DNA of 64,000 nucleotides from Candidatus Latescibacterota bacterium (GCA_965222605.1 OZ244960.1:1792001-1856000); one strand, 5' to 3'. Shown: positions 1-10,255, numbered from the stretch's first letter. Program-made: numbers and translations. The notes: generated by a model not told the origin, from the letters alone.

Positions 1-711
1 TGCGCCATTTGCCAGAGCCAGGACCGTATCATTGGTGCTCATATCGCCGTCAACGGTAATGCAATTAAAAGATTGTGTAACAGCTTCACAAAGCGCGTTT
101 TGGAGCACACCAGGAGAAAGGGCTGCATCCGTGAGCACAAAAGCGAGCATAGTCGCCATGTTCGGCGCAATCATACCCGCTCCCTTGGCGATCCCGGCAA
201 TCGTGATCTCGCTACCATCTATTTCACATCGCACAGATGCTTTTTTCGGCACGGTATCCGTAGTCATAATCGCCTCTGAAGCATCGTCCCACCCCCCAAC
301 ATTGAGTTGCGGAATGATATTTCGGATACCCCTTTCAAGGCACCCCATCGGAAGAGGCACACCGATGACCCCCGTCGAATTGACGAGCGCGTCTTCTGGT
401 GCAACATCCAATCCACCGCCCACCCATTGCGCCATCTGGCGCGCATCGGCCATGCCCTGATCTCCAGTACACGCATTGGCATTTTTGCTATTGACCACAA
501 TGGCTCGCGCCCGTCCATTTTGCAGATGTTCTCTATTCAGGTGCACAGGTGCTGCACACACGCGATTTGTCGTAAACATCCCCGCTGCCGAAGCCACCCG
601 ATCAGAAAAAATAAGCGCGAGGTCCTTGTCATCCCCTTCTTTGAGACCGCAATGAAGCCCAGCGGCCTTATAACCTTTTGGGGAATAGATGGTCGTTTCT
701 GTAATGTTCAC
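1..711 (-). CDS. argJ: Bifunctional ornithine acetyltransferase/N-acetylglutamate synthase ArgJ, 5' part (runs off window edge)
   Basis: Manual translation from GTG at 711: VNITETTIYSPKGYKAAGLHCGLK...DKDLALI, and near base 1 SFNCITVDGDMSTNDTVLALANGA, the ArgJ signature; not in the ORF track because there is no stop in the window. Confidence 0.93.
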   Translation of the reverse strand, partial: MNITETTIYSPKGYKAAGLHCGLKEGDDKDLALIFSDRVASAAGMFTTNRVCAAPVHLNREHLQNGRARAIVVNSKNANACTGDQGMADARQMAQWVGGGLDVAPEDALVNSTGVIGVPLPMGCLERGIRNIIPQLNVGGWDDASEAIMTTDTVPKKASVRCEIDGSEITIAGIAKGAGMIAPNMATMLAFVLTDAALSPGVLQNALCEAVTQSFNCITVDGDMSTNDTVLALANGA

Positions 712-755
712 AAAACACCTCAATTGTAATAATTCAGAATGTTTATCTCACAATA

Positions 756-1421
756 TCAGTACCCAGGTACGCCGGTCTTATCGCCAATCCAATCAATCAT
801 AACGCGGAATGCCGGGCACTGTTCTACCACCTCTCGCAAGTCTGCATTTCTGAGAATGGCATTGCCATCCGAATTTTCAAGATAGGACCGCTTAAGATGT
901 CGCCGAAAGAGTTCCTCAACGATTCGTTTGGGGGGCTTGTTTTGGTTCTGATCTTCTGGAGGCCGCCGCCAGCCGCTGGGGCTGTTCTGCATCTTGAGTC
1001 GGGATTGAAGTTCACTCGGCGCAGCGAGGAGCAGCACTTCCAAATCGTATTTCAACGCGCTGGCATAAAAACGCGCCATGTGACTGTCAACTTCAGCCCT
1101 TCTGGCCTGCTGTTGCAAATTCTGTTTTACGAGTTGCGTTTGCACATCTTGAAGTTGTTTCAAATTGTCGTGCTTGTATTCCGTATTCACATAGTCTCGA
1201 TTTGGGTAGAGATCGGGTAATCCCACAGCGAGATCGCTGGTATCATGCAACAACTTCTCGGTCGCTCGGGGTCCAATATTTCTGAAATATTTGGACTTGT
1301 TTTCGAGAGAGATTAGCTGAATGCCCCAGCCATTCTTGCCGAGTTTCTGCGTCCAACTGCTCCACAATGCCGACAGTGCCTTAACTTCCGAATCCCCTTC
1401 CACAAAAACCCACACCTTCAT
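756..1421 (-). CDS. DUF4276-like / TOPRIM-like protein, partner of the upstream ATPase
   Basis: N-terminal VFVEGDSE (TOPRIM-type conserved Glu), LEVLLLA and PPE..N..KPP motifs; start overlaps the ATPase stop (ATGA). Confidence 0.7.
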   Translation of the reverse strand: MKVWVFVEGDSEVKALSALWSSWTQKLGKNGWGIQLISLENKSKYFRNIGPRATEKLLHDTSDLAVGLPDLYPNRDYVNTEYKHDNLKQLQDVQTQLVKQNLQQQARRAEVDSHMARFYASALKYDLEVLLLAAPSELQSRLKMQNSPSGWRRPPEDQNQNKPPKRIVEELFRRHLKRSYLENSDGNAILRNADLREVVEQCPAFRVMIDWIGDKTGVPGY

Positions 1422-2689
1422 ACGCCGGCCTCCAGTTCGCCGGAACGGTGTAGATCGCCCAGAGTTTCGCTTGAAACATCTTTAAGCATTTGCACAAGTG
1501 TCTTGCGATTCGCGGGACGATGCCACACGACCTTTGCATCATCTGCGTTCCGTGCCATTACGGCAACATCGGCTATATCGAAACAGTTGAGCAGGTCTGG
1601 ACTATGTGTCGTCACGAGCACCTGTGTGCGCTCCGCTGCTACCTTGATCATCTCAGCTACAATCGGCAACAGGCCAGGATGCAAGCCCAATTCCGGTTCG
1701 TCAATCGCCACCAGTAGCGGAGGTCGTGGATTTAACAGTGCTGTCGCCAGACAAAGGAAACGCACCATGCCGTCCGATAATTCCCCCAACTCCATAGAGC
1801 GGGACATGCCCTTCTCGCGCACTCCAACGAGCACTTGTGGCGGCGTTCCATACGTGGTATCGCAATGAATTTCCTCAAATGCGGGATAGGCTACGCGCAG
1901 AAAATCGCGCAACTCCTCTGCTGCTGAACGGTAATCATATCGGGTCAGGATTTCGTGCAGCACGGTACCCAAGTTGTCGCCGTTGGCCGATAATGTTGTA
2001 ACCGGCTTGATATCGGCGGCCCTGGTGCGGAGCGCGGAAGACCGTGTCACATCGAAACCCGGATAAAATGCCATTCTCTCCAATAGAATGCGTACCCAGG
2101 AAGGAACGGGAAACTCGTTGAAGAAGCGCATTTGCGAAAGCAACAACGCAGGCTCCTGTTGTGCGGGTTGTTGCAGGCCGCTTTTCAAGGTGGCTTCCGC
2201 CGAATCGGACTCGCGGACGACATTAGGCGCAGGATGCGCGTCATCAAACGGTATCAATCGGCCTTGTTTTTTGTCAAATATTCGTCGCCGATCCGGGGTT
2301 GCCTCCAGCAATATGGAGGGACCGCCATATCCCGGTATTGGTTCTTTAGTCCCGAGAACCTCTAATTGCGGGTACATCTGGCCCAGTGTATCAGTGTGAA
2401 GAACGACCCCATACTCCAAGAAATTTCCCTGTTCTAACGGATTGTGAAAAGTGATTTTCCAGACCAACTGCCGATTCCTATTCCCTACTGTAAGAAGGGA
2501 TGCTGCCCCCCCATGCCAACCAATCGCGGTATTTAGCGGAAAAGTACTACACTGGGCAATCAGTTGCAGACAGTCAATCAGCGTGCTCTTGCCAACGGCA
2601 TTCGCGCCTATTACCACTGTTAGCTGTGTGAGATCGGCCTCAAACTCGTCGAGAAGCCGGTAGCCATTGATATTGATTTCTGTAATCAT
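1418..2689 (-). CDS. ABC-type ATPase of AAA_21/AAA_15 (SMC/OLD-like) family
   Basis: Walker A GANAVGKS, signature LSDGM, Walker B IDEPE + LHP, H-loop TTHS; no transmembrane segments. Confidence 0.88.
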   Translation of the reverse strand: MITEININGYRLLDEFEADLTQLTVVIGANAVGKSTLIDCLQLIAQCSTFPLNTAIGWHGGAASLLTVGNRNRQLVWKITFHNPLEQGNFLEYGVVLHTDTLGQMYPQLEVLGTKEPIPGYGGPSILLEATPDRRRIFDKKQGRLIPFDDAHPAPNVVRESDSAEATLKSGLQQPAQQEPALLLSQMRFFNEFPVPSWVRILLERMAFYPGFDVTRSSALRTRAADIKPVTTLSANGDNLGTVLHEILTRYDYRSAAEELRDFLRVAYPAFEEIHCDTTYGTPPQVLVGVREKGMSRSMELGELSDGMVRFLCLATALLNPRPPLLVAIDEPELGLHPGLLPIVAEMIKVAAERTQVLVTTHSPDLLNCFDIADVAVMARNADDAKVVWHRPANRKTLVQMLKDVSSETLGDLHRSGELEAGV

Positions 2690-2741
2690 GATCTATTACC
2701 CTGTTTTCACCGGGACAAGCCTGTGTTTGCTTTTCTGCGTA

Positions 2742-3914
2742 TTAAAACAACGCGCGTTTGACATTGCGCACAGCCTGGCGGATTCTGTGTTCATTTTCGA
2801 CTAACGAAATGCGTACATAGCCCTCGCCCATATCGCCAAACCCAATACCGGGAGAAACCGCGAGTTCTGCCTCTTCCATGAGTTTGAGGGAAAAATTCAT
2901 AGAACCGAGATGCCGATATTTTTCTGGAATAGGCGCCCAAACAAACATCGACGCTTTGGGCTTGTTGACGGGCCACCCGATGCGATTGAGACCTTCTACC
3001 AGCGTATCCCTGCGGCTCTGATACATAGCGGCCGATTGCTGTACACAGTCTTGCGGGCCATCAAGCGCGGCAATTGCAGCGACCTGAATAGGGGTAAAAA
3101 CGCCGTAGTCGTAGTAATTTTTGATAATAGAAAGCGCTTTGATGACCTCTGGATTTCCAAGGCAAAACCCGACGCGCCAACCGGCCATATTATAGGATTT
3201 GGACATGGTGTAAAATTCAACACCGATTTCTTTCGCACCTTTAACCTGTAAAAGACTGGGCACGCGGGTATCGTCAAACGCGATATCCGAATAGGCCATG
3301 TCGTGAATAACAATAATATTTTGGCGGCGGGCAAAAGCCACAATCTCTTCAAAAAAAGAAATATCGACAGTTGCTGTCGTAGGATTGTGAGGAAAGTTGA
3401 AAATCATCACTTTGGGTTTGGGCCACAGTTCCCGCGGGATCATTTGCAGATCGGGCACAAATTCTTTTTCCGGACGCAAGGGCAAGCTGAAAACATTGCC
3501 ATTGGCAATCGCAACGCCATAGAGATGCAGGGGATACGCCGGATTTGGCACAATGGCGAGATCGCCCGGATCGAGAAGCGCGAGACAAATATGCGCCAAC
3601 CCCTCTTTCGATCCGATGGTAACAATGGCTTCTGATTCCGGATCGAGATCAACGTCAAAACGGCGTTTGTAATGGCGACAAATCGCCCGCCTCAAAGCCG
3701 GAAGACCCGCCGATGGCGAATATCCATGCGTCTTGGGATCGCGGACAACTTCGGTGAGTTTGTCAATAATATGTGGCGGCGGCGGCTGGTCGGGATTGCC
3801 CATGCCCAGATCAATAATATCAACACCCTTGCGCCGCAGGTACATTTTGCGGGCATTGACCTCGTGAAAAACATAGGGCGGCAAGCGTTCAATGCGGCGA
3901 GAATTGATTTGCAT
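2742..3914 (-). CDS. PLP-dependent class I/II aminotransferase (AlaC / LL-DAP aminotransferase-like)
   Basis: DLGMGNPD, GSKEG, FPHNPT, SKSYNMAGWRVG (PLP lysine). Confidence 0.9.
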   Translation of the reverse strand: MQINSRRIERLPPYVFHEVNARKMYLRRKGVDIIDLGMGNPDQPPPPHIIDKLTEVVRDPKTHGYSPSAGLPALRRAICRHYKRRFDVDLDPESEAIVTIGSKEGLAHICLALLDPGDLAIVPNPAYPLHLYGVAIANGNVFSLPLRPEKEFVPDLQMIPRELWPKPKVMIFNFPHNPTTATVDISFFEEIVAFARRQNIIVIHDMAYSDIAFDDTRVPSLLQVKGAKEIGVEFYTMSKSYNMAGWRVGFCLGNPEVIKALSIIKNYYDYGVFTPIQVAAIAALDGPQDCVQQSAAMYQSRRDTLVEGLNRIGWPVNKPKASMFVWAPIPEKYRHLGSMNFSLKLMEEAELAVSPGIGFGDMGEGYVRISLVENEHRIRQAVRNVKRALF

Positions 3915-3934
3915 ACGATACTCTTTGAAAAGGG

Positions 3935-5515
3935 TCAGTCGATGGCGATGATGCCGTCGAGCAACAATTTATAAGTCAAACTATCGACCAGTGCTGTCCA
4001 ACTGGCTTCGATAATATTTTCAGATACCCCCACAGTATTCCACACGCGCCGCCGGTCGGAGGACTCGATCAGCACCCTCACTTTGGCCGCCGTACCATCG
4101 GCACTGGATAACACGCGCACTTTGTAGTCTTCGAGACGCACATCTTTGAGCGTGGGATACACGCTTTCAAGTGCCAGGCGCAATGCCGAGTCGAGGGCAT
4201 TAACAGGACCATCGCCTTCGCCAACCGTGTGGTAGATCTGTCCGTCAATCTCTATTTTCACAATGGCTTCTACTTCAGAGCCTGCAACACTTTTGCGATT
4301 GATCGTCCTGTAATTGATGAGTTTGAACGGTTTGCGAATACTGCCCAATATCTGACGGGCGAGAATTTCAAACGACGCTTCGGCGGCTTCAAAAACATAG
4401 CCTTCGTATTCGAGTTGCTTAATTTTTTGCAGCAACTTTTGGACGGTTGGATGGCGTTTGTCCAGGCCCGGAATAAGATGGTGCAATTTTGCTGCAACAG
4501 CCCCGCCGCCCGATTGTTCTGAAAGGAGAAAACGGCGCTGGTTGCCCACAGCTTCTGCATCGCAATGCTCATACGTGGTGGGTTGTTTGAGCATCGCATC
4601 TACGTGAACACCCGCTTTGTGTGCAAAAGCACTCTCGCCCACATAAGGTTGGCGGTGGTCGTGATAAACATTGGCGATTTCGCTGACAAAACGCGATAAT
4701 TCCATGAGTTTTTTCAGATTTTTCGCGCCAATAGCTTTCATCCCCAACTTAAATTCAATATTGGGAATCACCGAACACAGGTTGGCATTGCCACAGCGTT
4801 CCCCATAGCCATTGATAGTCCCCTGCACATGCGTGGCACCCATTTCGAGTGCGACAATGCTATTGGCCACGGCCATTCCCGCATCGTTATGTGTATGAAT
4901 GCCCAAAGGCACATCGAGCCTGGGCTGAATGGCACTGATGATCTCCTGTATCTGATACGGCATCGTGCCGCCATTAGTATCGCACAAGACGAGCACCTCG
5001 GCCCCGCCTGCTTGCGCTGCCAACAAAGTTTCCAGGGCGTATTCGGGATCGGCTTTATAACCGTCAAAGAAGTGTTCGGCATCGTAAATAACTTCTCGTC
5101 CGTTTTCCTTGAGCCAGGCGCAAGAATCCACGATAATTTGCAGGTTTTTGTCCAGTGTTGCCCGCAACACATCGGTTACATGAAGCGTCCAGCTTTTCCC
5201 AAAGAGCGTGATGACCTCTGTTCCTGCCTTGAGCAAAGTGGTGAGAGTGGGATCGTCTTCGGGCGGGTTGTCAACCCTGCATGTACTGCCAAATGCGACA
5301 ATTTTGGTATTGTGAAATTCGAGATCGCGCACGCGGTCAAAAAATTCGAGATCCTTGGGATTCGTCGGATTGGGCCAACCGCCTTCAACATAGTGAATGC
5401 CCATCGCATCGAGATACTGCGCGATCATGGTCTTATCTTCGGCGGAAAATGAAATACCCTCGGCCTGCGCGCCGTCTCGAAGGGTCGAATCGTAGATTTG
5501 TATATGCGTATGCAT
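3935..5515 (-). CDS. cimA: Citramalate synthase
   Basis: YDSTLRDGAQAEG, EGGWP..NPKD, YDAEHFFDG, HTHND, GYGERCGNANL; start placed at ATG 5515 (MHTHIQ) because the 5707 start overlaps leuD. Confidence 0.9.
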   Translation of the reverse strand: MHTHIQIYDSTLRDGAQAEGISFSAEDKTMIAQYLDAMGIHYVEGGWPNPTNPKDLEFFDRVRDLEFHNTKIVAFGSTCRVDNPPEDDPTLTTLLKAGTEVITLFGKSWTLHVTDVLRATLDKNLQIIVDSCAWLKENGREVIYDAEHFFDGYKADPEYALETLLAAQAGGAEVLVLCDTNGGTMPYQIQEIISAIQPRLDVPLGIHTHNDAGMAVANSIVALEMGATHVQGTINGYGERCGNANLCSVIPNIEFKLGMKAIGAKNLKKLMELSRFVSEIANVYHDHRQPYVGESAFAHKAGVHVDAMLKQPTTYEHCDAEAVGNQRRFLLSEQSGGGAVAAKLHHLIPGLDKRHPTVQKLLQKIKQLEYEGYVFEAAEASFEILARQILGSIRKPFKLINYRTINRKSVAGSEVEAIVKIEIDGQIYHTVGEGDGPVNALDSALRLALESVYPTLKDVRLEDYKVRVLSSADGTAAKVRVLIESSDRRRVWNTVGVSENIIEASWTALVDSLTYKLLLDGIIAID

Positions 5516-5558
5516 AATAACTCGCAAAAAAGCCCGCGAGATGCGGGCGTAAAAAAGG

Positions 5559-6152
5559 TTAAAAGCCCGTAACATAGGGAAGTTTATTGGCAACCTCCCG
5601 CACCGCACCGCGGCCTTCGAGGAGCATGCCCGTTGCATCCCACGCGCCTTCGATGAGTTGGAGCCGATTGCCTTCGGCAATTTGGAGATCGACTTCGATA
5701 TCGCCAAATGTCAATTTTTTTTCTTTGAGATCAATCGCCATTTCCCGTTGCGGATCTGCTTCGGCTGCGTCCTGTATTTTGACAATATCCTCGGTTGAGG
5801 CCGTCAGACAAGGCATGCCCATAGCCGTGCAATTGCCCAGAAAAATTTCGGCAAAAGATTCGCCGACAATGGCACAAATCCCCCAGCGCATCAGAGCCTG
5901 GGGCGCGTGTTCTCTCGAAGACCCACACCCGAAATTGCCATTGGCGATGAGTATGGATGCGCCCTGATAGCGCGGATCATCAAATGGGTGATCGGGATTT
6001 GATTTGCGGTCGTCTTCAAAGGCGTGCTCACCCAGGCCATCAAACGTAATAGCGCGAAGATACCGCGCGGGAATAATGCGATCGGTATCGATGTCATTTC
6101 CCCGAACGGGAATCACGCGTCCTTCTACATACTGGATCACAGATGAATTCAT
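5559..6152 (-). CDS. leuD: 3-isopropylmalate dehydratase small subunit
   Basis: DIDTDRIIPARYL, NFGCGSSREHAP; ATG 6152 preceded by GAAGGG. Confidence 0.95.
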   Translation of the reverse strand: MNSSVIQYVEGRVIPVRGNDIDTDRIIPARYLRAITFDGLGEHAFEDDRKSNPDHPFDDPRYQGASILIANGNFGCGSSREHAPQALMRWGICAIVGESFAEIFLGNCTAMGMPCLTASTEDIVKIQDAAEADPQREMAIDLKEKKLTFGDIEVDLQIAEGNRLQLIEGAWDATGMLLEGRGAVREVANKLPYVTGF

Positions 6153-6166
6153 AAATAACCCTTCTT

Positions 6167-7564
6167 TCACATAGCGCGTACGTCAATAACCTCACCGGCG
6201 ATGGCCGCGGCTGCAACCATTGCGGGACTCATCAAGAGCGTGCGCCCTGTGGGGCTACCCTGACGCCCTTTGAAATTGCGATTGCTCGACGACGCACATA
6301 CTTCGCGTCCCTGCAATTTGTCGGGATTCATAGCCAAACACATCGAGCACCCCGCACCGCGCCATTCAAAGCCTGCATCTTCAAAGATGTGGTGCAAGCC
6401 TTCCGCTTCAGCTGTCTTGAGAACGGATTTGGACCCCGGCACAACCAGTGCTTTGACGCCATCGGCCACCTTATTGCCCTTGACAACTCTGGCAGCTTCT
6501 CTGAGGTCGGAGATACGGCTGTTGGTACACGAACCCACAAACGCCACGTCAATGGGCATACCAGATATGGCCGTGCCTGGCTTTAAGTCCATATAATCAT
6601 ATGCTTCGGCGGCAACATCGCGCTCATCATCTGGCAGATCCGTCAAAGCCGGCACTTTTTCTGATACGAAAAGGGCCTGCCCCGGCGTGATGCCCCATGT
6701 CACGGTAGGCTCGAGGGCAGAGCCATCGAGGTGATAAACATCGTCGTAATCGGCATCGACATCGGAAGCCATAGAACGCCACCAGGAAACCGCGCGATCA
6801 AAGGCTTCTCCCGAAGGTGCATAAGTGCGTCCCCGCAGATAGTCATAAGTCGTTTGATCGGGATTCACGTACCCCGCGCGCGCGCCGCCTTCAATGGACA
6901 TATTGCACACCGACATACGCGCTTCCATATCCATAGCTTCAATAGCGGACCCGGCATATTCGTAAGCATAGCCCGTGCCGCCTTTTACGCCGAGATTGCG
7001 GATGATATTGAGAATAACATCTTTGGCGTAAACCCCGTTGCCCAGCGTGCCGGATACCTCAATGCGGCGCACTTTGAGGGGGTCTATTGACAGGCACTGC
7101 GTAGCGAGCACATCGCGCACCTGCGAGGTGCCAATGCCAAATGCAATGGCGCCATAAGCTCCGTGCGTTGAAGTGTGGCTATCGCCGCAGGCAATGGTCA
7201 TGCCCGGCTGTGTCAGACCCAGTTCGGGACCGATAACGTGGACAATACCCTGACGCTCGTCGTCGAGACCAAAAAAAGAAAGGTCGAACTGTCGGGCATT
7301 TTCTTCGATAGCGAGCATCATGTCCTCAGCCATCTCGTCGGCGAATGGACGGGCAACATCGCTTGTGGGCACAATGTGATCGACCGTGGCAAAAGTGCGT
7401 TCTGGATATGCAATAGTGAGACCGCGCTCTCTGAGCATATCAAAAGCCTGCGGGCTGGTAACCTCGTGAACGAGGTGCAGGCCGATAAACAACTGCGTTT
7501 GCCCCGATGGCAACGTTCGCACCGCATGCGCGTCCCAAACTTTGCGAAATAAACTTTGACCCAT
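6167..7564 (-). CDS. leuC: 3-isopropylmalate dehydratase large subunit
   Basis: [40 protein letters not shown]. Confidence 0.97.
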   Translation of the reverse strand: MGQSLFRKVWDAHAVRTLPSGQTQLFIGLHLVHEVTSPQAFDMLRERGLTIAYPERTFATVDHIVPTSDVARPFADEMAEDMMLAIEENARQFDLSFFGLDDERQGIVHVIGPELGLTQPGMTIACGDSHTSTHGAYGAIAFGIGTSQVRDVLATQCLSIDPLKVRRIEVSGTLGNGVYAKDVILNIIRNLGVKGGTGYAYEYAGSAIEAMDMEARMSVCNMSIEGGARAGYVNPDQTTYDYLRGRTYAPSGEAFDRAVSWWRSMASDVDADYDDVYHLDGSALEPTVTWGITPGQALFVSEKVPALTDLPDDERDVAAEAYDYMDLKPGTAISGMPIDVAFVGSCTNSRISDLREAARVVKGNKVADGVKALVVPGSKSVLKTAEAEGLHHIFEDAGFEWRGAGCSMCLAMNPDKLQGREVCASSSNRNFKGRQGSPTGRTLLMSPAMVAAAAIAGEVIDVRAM

Positions 7565-7603
7565 CTATGGCCTCTTTTCTTAAAATCCTATGGAACCACA
7601 GAC

Positions 7604-7629
7604 GGGCAGGCACAACGCACTGCCCCTAC
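7604..7629 (-). repeat. GTAG-family REP-like palindrome, copy 1
   Basis: Minus strand GTAGGGGCAGTGCGTTGTGCCTGCCC, intergenic; 21/26 identical to 21692-21717. Confidence 0.65.
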
Positions 7630-7660
7630 ATTTCATCTGCGTCCATCTGCGTCCATGATA

Positions 7661-9217
7661 CTAAACGGTTGGTTCTCGCTCTTTGTGACTGTCTTGCTGA
7701 ATCGCCAGGCGATTGAGAGCGTCGAGAAAAGCTTTGGCACTGGCTTCAATAATATCGGTTGAAACGCCGCGGCCCCTGGCTATGCGACCATTGCACGACA
7801 CATTGACCGTGACTTCTCCCATCGCTTCGGCACCCCCGGTAACACCGCGGATAGTATAGTCTTCCACTTTTGTATTTGTATGATCCGTGGCTTTCTTAAT
7901 TGCCCGATACGTTGCATCTACCGGCCCATCGCCCCAGGCAGACTCCTGAACGTGGTTTTTGCCGTCAATGCCAATGCGAACCGTTGCAGAGGGAACCGTG
8001 CCAGTACCGCTCACAGTATGCAAATAGTCGAGCGCGAAACGCACGGGAAAGTCTCGAATTTCATCTTCCACAATAGCCATGAGGTCTTCGTCATAAACTT
8101 CCTTCTTCTTGTCGGCGACTTTGACAAATCGCTCATAAGCGATATTCAATTCATCCTGACTGAGCTTAAAGCCGAGTTCTTCCAGGCGATGGCGCAATGC
8201 GTGGCGACCAGAACGCGCCGTGAGCACAATGCTCGATTCTTCCCATCCCACAGACCTGGGATCGATAATTTCAAAATTTTCGCGGTCTTTGAGCACCCCG
8301 TCTTGATGAATACCAGAACTATGTGCAAATGCGTTGGCTCCTACAATGGGCTTGTTGGGCGGAACGACAATACCCATAAGGCGGCTGACCAGACGGCTTG
8401 TGTTTACGATTTCGCGCGTTTTGATATCCGTATAGAGATCGAAATAATCCCCGCGCGTTTTGACGGCCATGACCACTTCCTCAAGCGAGGTATTGCCCGC
8501 GCGTTCACCCAACCCATTGACGGTGCATTCGACCTGACGCGCGCCATTTCTGAGTGCCTCGAGAGCATTGATAGTCGCCATGCCCAAATCGTCGTGGCAG
8601 TGGACACTGATAATAGCCTGATCGACATTGGACACTTTCTCGCAAATATTGCGAATAATGCGACCAAACTGGTCGGGTACTGCGTAGCCCACGGTATCGG
8701 GAATATTGATCGTTGTCGCACCCGCTTCGATGGTAGCTTCGATAACATCGAGGAGATACTGCGGCTCTGTACGCGCAGCATCCATTGGCGAAAATTCCAC
8801 ATCCTCGCAATGCGATTTGGCTCGTGCAACCGCATCAACGGCCATTTGCAAGACCTGATCGGGCGTTTTGCCAACCATGGAAATATGGAGCGGCGAAGTG
8901 CCAATAAACGTGTGTATGCGCGGTCTTGGCGCGTCTTTCAGGGCTTCGCCTGCGCGGTCAATATCTTTGAAAATTGCGCGGGACAGACCGCAAATAACAG
9001 GGCCTTCGACCTCGAGTGCAATACGCCGCACAGCATTAAAGTCCTGATCGGACGATATGGGAAATCCGGCCTCGATAACATCGACATTGAGCCGCGCGAG
9101 TTGATGGGCAATTTCAACTTTTTCGCGCAACGCGAGCGTAGCCCCCGGCGTCTGTTCCGCATCTCTCAAAGTAGTATCAAAAATAATGACGCGGTCTTTG
9201 TTTTTGGCGTTTGACAT
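7661..9217 (-). CDS. leuA: 2-isopropylmalate synthase
   Basis: FDTTLRDAEQ, HCHDDLG, GLGERAGN, HSSGIHQDG, C-terminal regulatory domain GDGPVDA. Confidence 0.96.
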   Translation of the reverse strand: MSNAKNKDRVIIFDTTLRDAEQTPGATLALREKVEIAHQLARLNVDVIEAGFPISSDQDFNAVRRIALEVEGPVICGLSRAIFKDIDRAGEALKDAPRPRIHTFIGTSPLHISMVGKTPDQVLQMAVDAVARAKSHCEDVEFSPMDAARTEPQYLLDVIEATIEAGATTINIPDTVGYAVPDQFGRIIRNICEKVSNVDQAIISVHCHDDLGMATINALEALRNGARQVECTVNGLGERAGNTSLEEVVMAVKTRGDYFDLYTDIKTREIVNTSRLVSRLMGIVVPPNKPIVGANAFAHSSGIHQDGVLKDRENFEIIDPRSVGWEESSIVLTARSGRHALRHRLEELGFKLSQDELNIAYERFVKVADKKKEVYDEDLMAIVEDEIRDFPVRFALDYLHTVSGTGTVPSATVRIGIDGKNHVQESAWGDGPVDATYRAIKKATDHTNTKVEDYTIRGVTGGAEAMGEVTVNVSCNGRIARGRGVSTDIIEASAKAFLDALNRLAIQQDSHKEREPTV

Positions 9218-9356
9218 TTTTTTTCCTTAACACATGCCAGAATCGAAGTGGAAATGGGCAGATGGAACGCTCTGGCTGTCTTTTTCCATCTGCCAAACAA
9301 GAACGAGTTCTTCGGTAAGATCACCGAGATCGGGATCCATCTGCATCACCTCCTTA

Positions 9357-9845
9357 TTATATAGCGGAATCTCGCAACAGGGCAACCGTGCCTGTGCGTG
9401 CGATTTCTTCGATGCCAAAAGAACTGAGCATGCCAATGATAGCCTGAATTTTATCATTTTTGCCCGTAACCTCTATGGTCATCGACCTGGGACACACATC
9501 GACGATATGTGCGCGAAACACTTCGGCAATTTGGATGATTTCTGCGCGTGTTGTTGTATCGGCTTTGACTTTGATCAACATGAGTTCGCGTTCGACAAAT
9601 GCGCCCTGTGTAATATCGATCACGCGAATAACATCAATAACGCGATCCAATTGCTTGACCACTTGCTCGAGCACGCTATCATCGCCACCGACGACAATGG
9701 TCATGCGAGAAATACTCGGGTCTTCTGTCTCACCAACAGACAGACTATCGATATTGAATCCGCGACTGGAGAAAAGACCAGCAACGCGACACAGAACGCC
9801 AAAATGATTTTCGACCAGGGCACTTATCGTGTGTTTTTGGGCCAT
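9357..9845 (-). CDS. ilvN: Acetolactate synthase small (regulatory) subunit
   Basis: ACT domain HTISALVENHFGVLCRVAGLFSSRGFNIDSL, ERELMLIKV, EIARTG; start ATG 9845. Confidence 0.95.
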   Translation of the reverse strand: MAQKHTISALVENHFGVLCRVAGLFSSRGFNIDSLSVGETEDPSISRMTIVVGGDDSVLEQVVKQLDRVIDVIRVIDITQGAFVERELMLIKVKADTTTRAEIIQIAEVFRAHIVDVCPRSMTIEVTGKNDKIQAIIGMLSSFGIEEIARTGTVALLRDSAI

Positions 9846-9948
9846 TAAACATTTCCTGAATACATGAGGTGACAACGACCTATGAGTAAAGTCACAGGCT
9901 CTATCCGTTTATGGGCGTTGTCGCAAGAGTTGGGGAAAGAGCCAGAGA

Positions 9949-10131
9949 CTAATGAGCGAGAATGGGTAGAGAAAGGCTCACGAGCAGGAGAAGGTGCAGA
10001 ATGAGCAGAGGTACTCGTCCTGCAATAGAAAGGCGCGAAGATCGGGTGTGCAGTTGTACACCGGTGAACTGCTGTCGCAGTTGTACACCGCTTCGCATTG
10101 TGAAAATCGCCAATGTGGAAATTGAGCGCAT
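9949..10131 (-). CDS. Candidate ilv-leu leader peptide
   Basis: Short ORF ending VPLLILHLLLLVSLSLPILAH (14 of the last 21 codons Leu/Ile/Val) directly upstream of ilvN-leuA; alternative start at 10098. Confidence 0.6.
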   Translation of the reverse strand: MRSISTLAIFTMRSGVQLRQQFTGVQLHTRSSRLSIAGRVPLLILHLLLLVSLSLPILAH

Positions 10132-10177
10132 AATAGAAGACTTGGGAATAGAAGTAATAATGTATTTTAGATTGAAT

Positions 10178-10207
10178 AACTTACGCAATCTCAGTGGAAT
10201 ATGTCAA
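10178..10207 (-). promoter_or_regulatory. Candidate sigma70 promoter of the ilvN-leu operon
   Basis: TTGACA-18 nt-TAAGTT upstream of the leader ORF. Confidence 0.45.
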
Positions 10208-10255
10208 GAAAAAATATCATTTCGCAGTCAGACCACCCCGTTCCTACCTATAGTC

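Noticed and set aside
5516-5707. 64-aa N-terminal extension of cimA in the ORF track
   Set aside because: Overlaps leuD; homology begins at MHTHIQIYDSTLRDG. Similar over-extended starts were trimmed for phyH, HMA, HhH, thiG, thiE, thiD, hisF and hisH
7880-9214. 444-aa plus-strand ORF
   Set aside because: Antisense shadow of leuA with no recognisable motifs; the same applies to 12153-13139, 15763-16611, 52899-53945, 54120-54989 and 62880-63671
10050-10090. Possible mini-CRISPR (repeat-spacer-repeat)
   Set aside because: Only two 14-bp repeats with a 13-bp gap and no cas genes; better explained by the hairpin element
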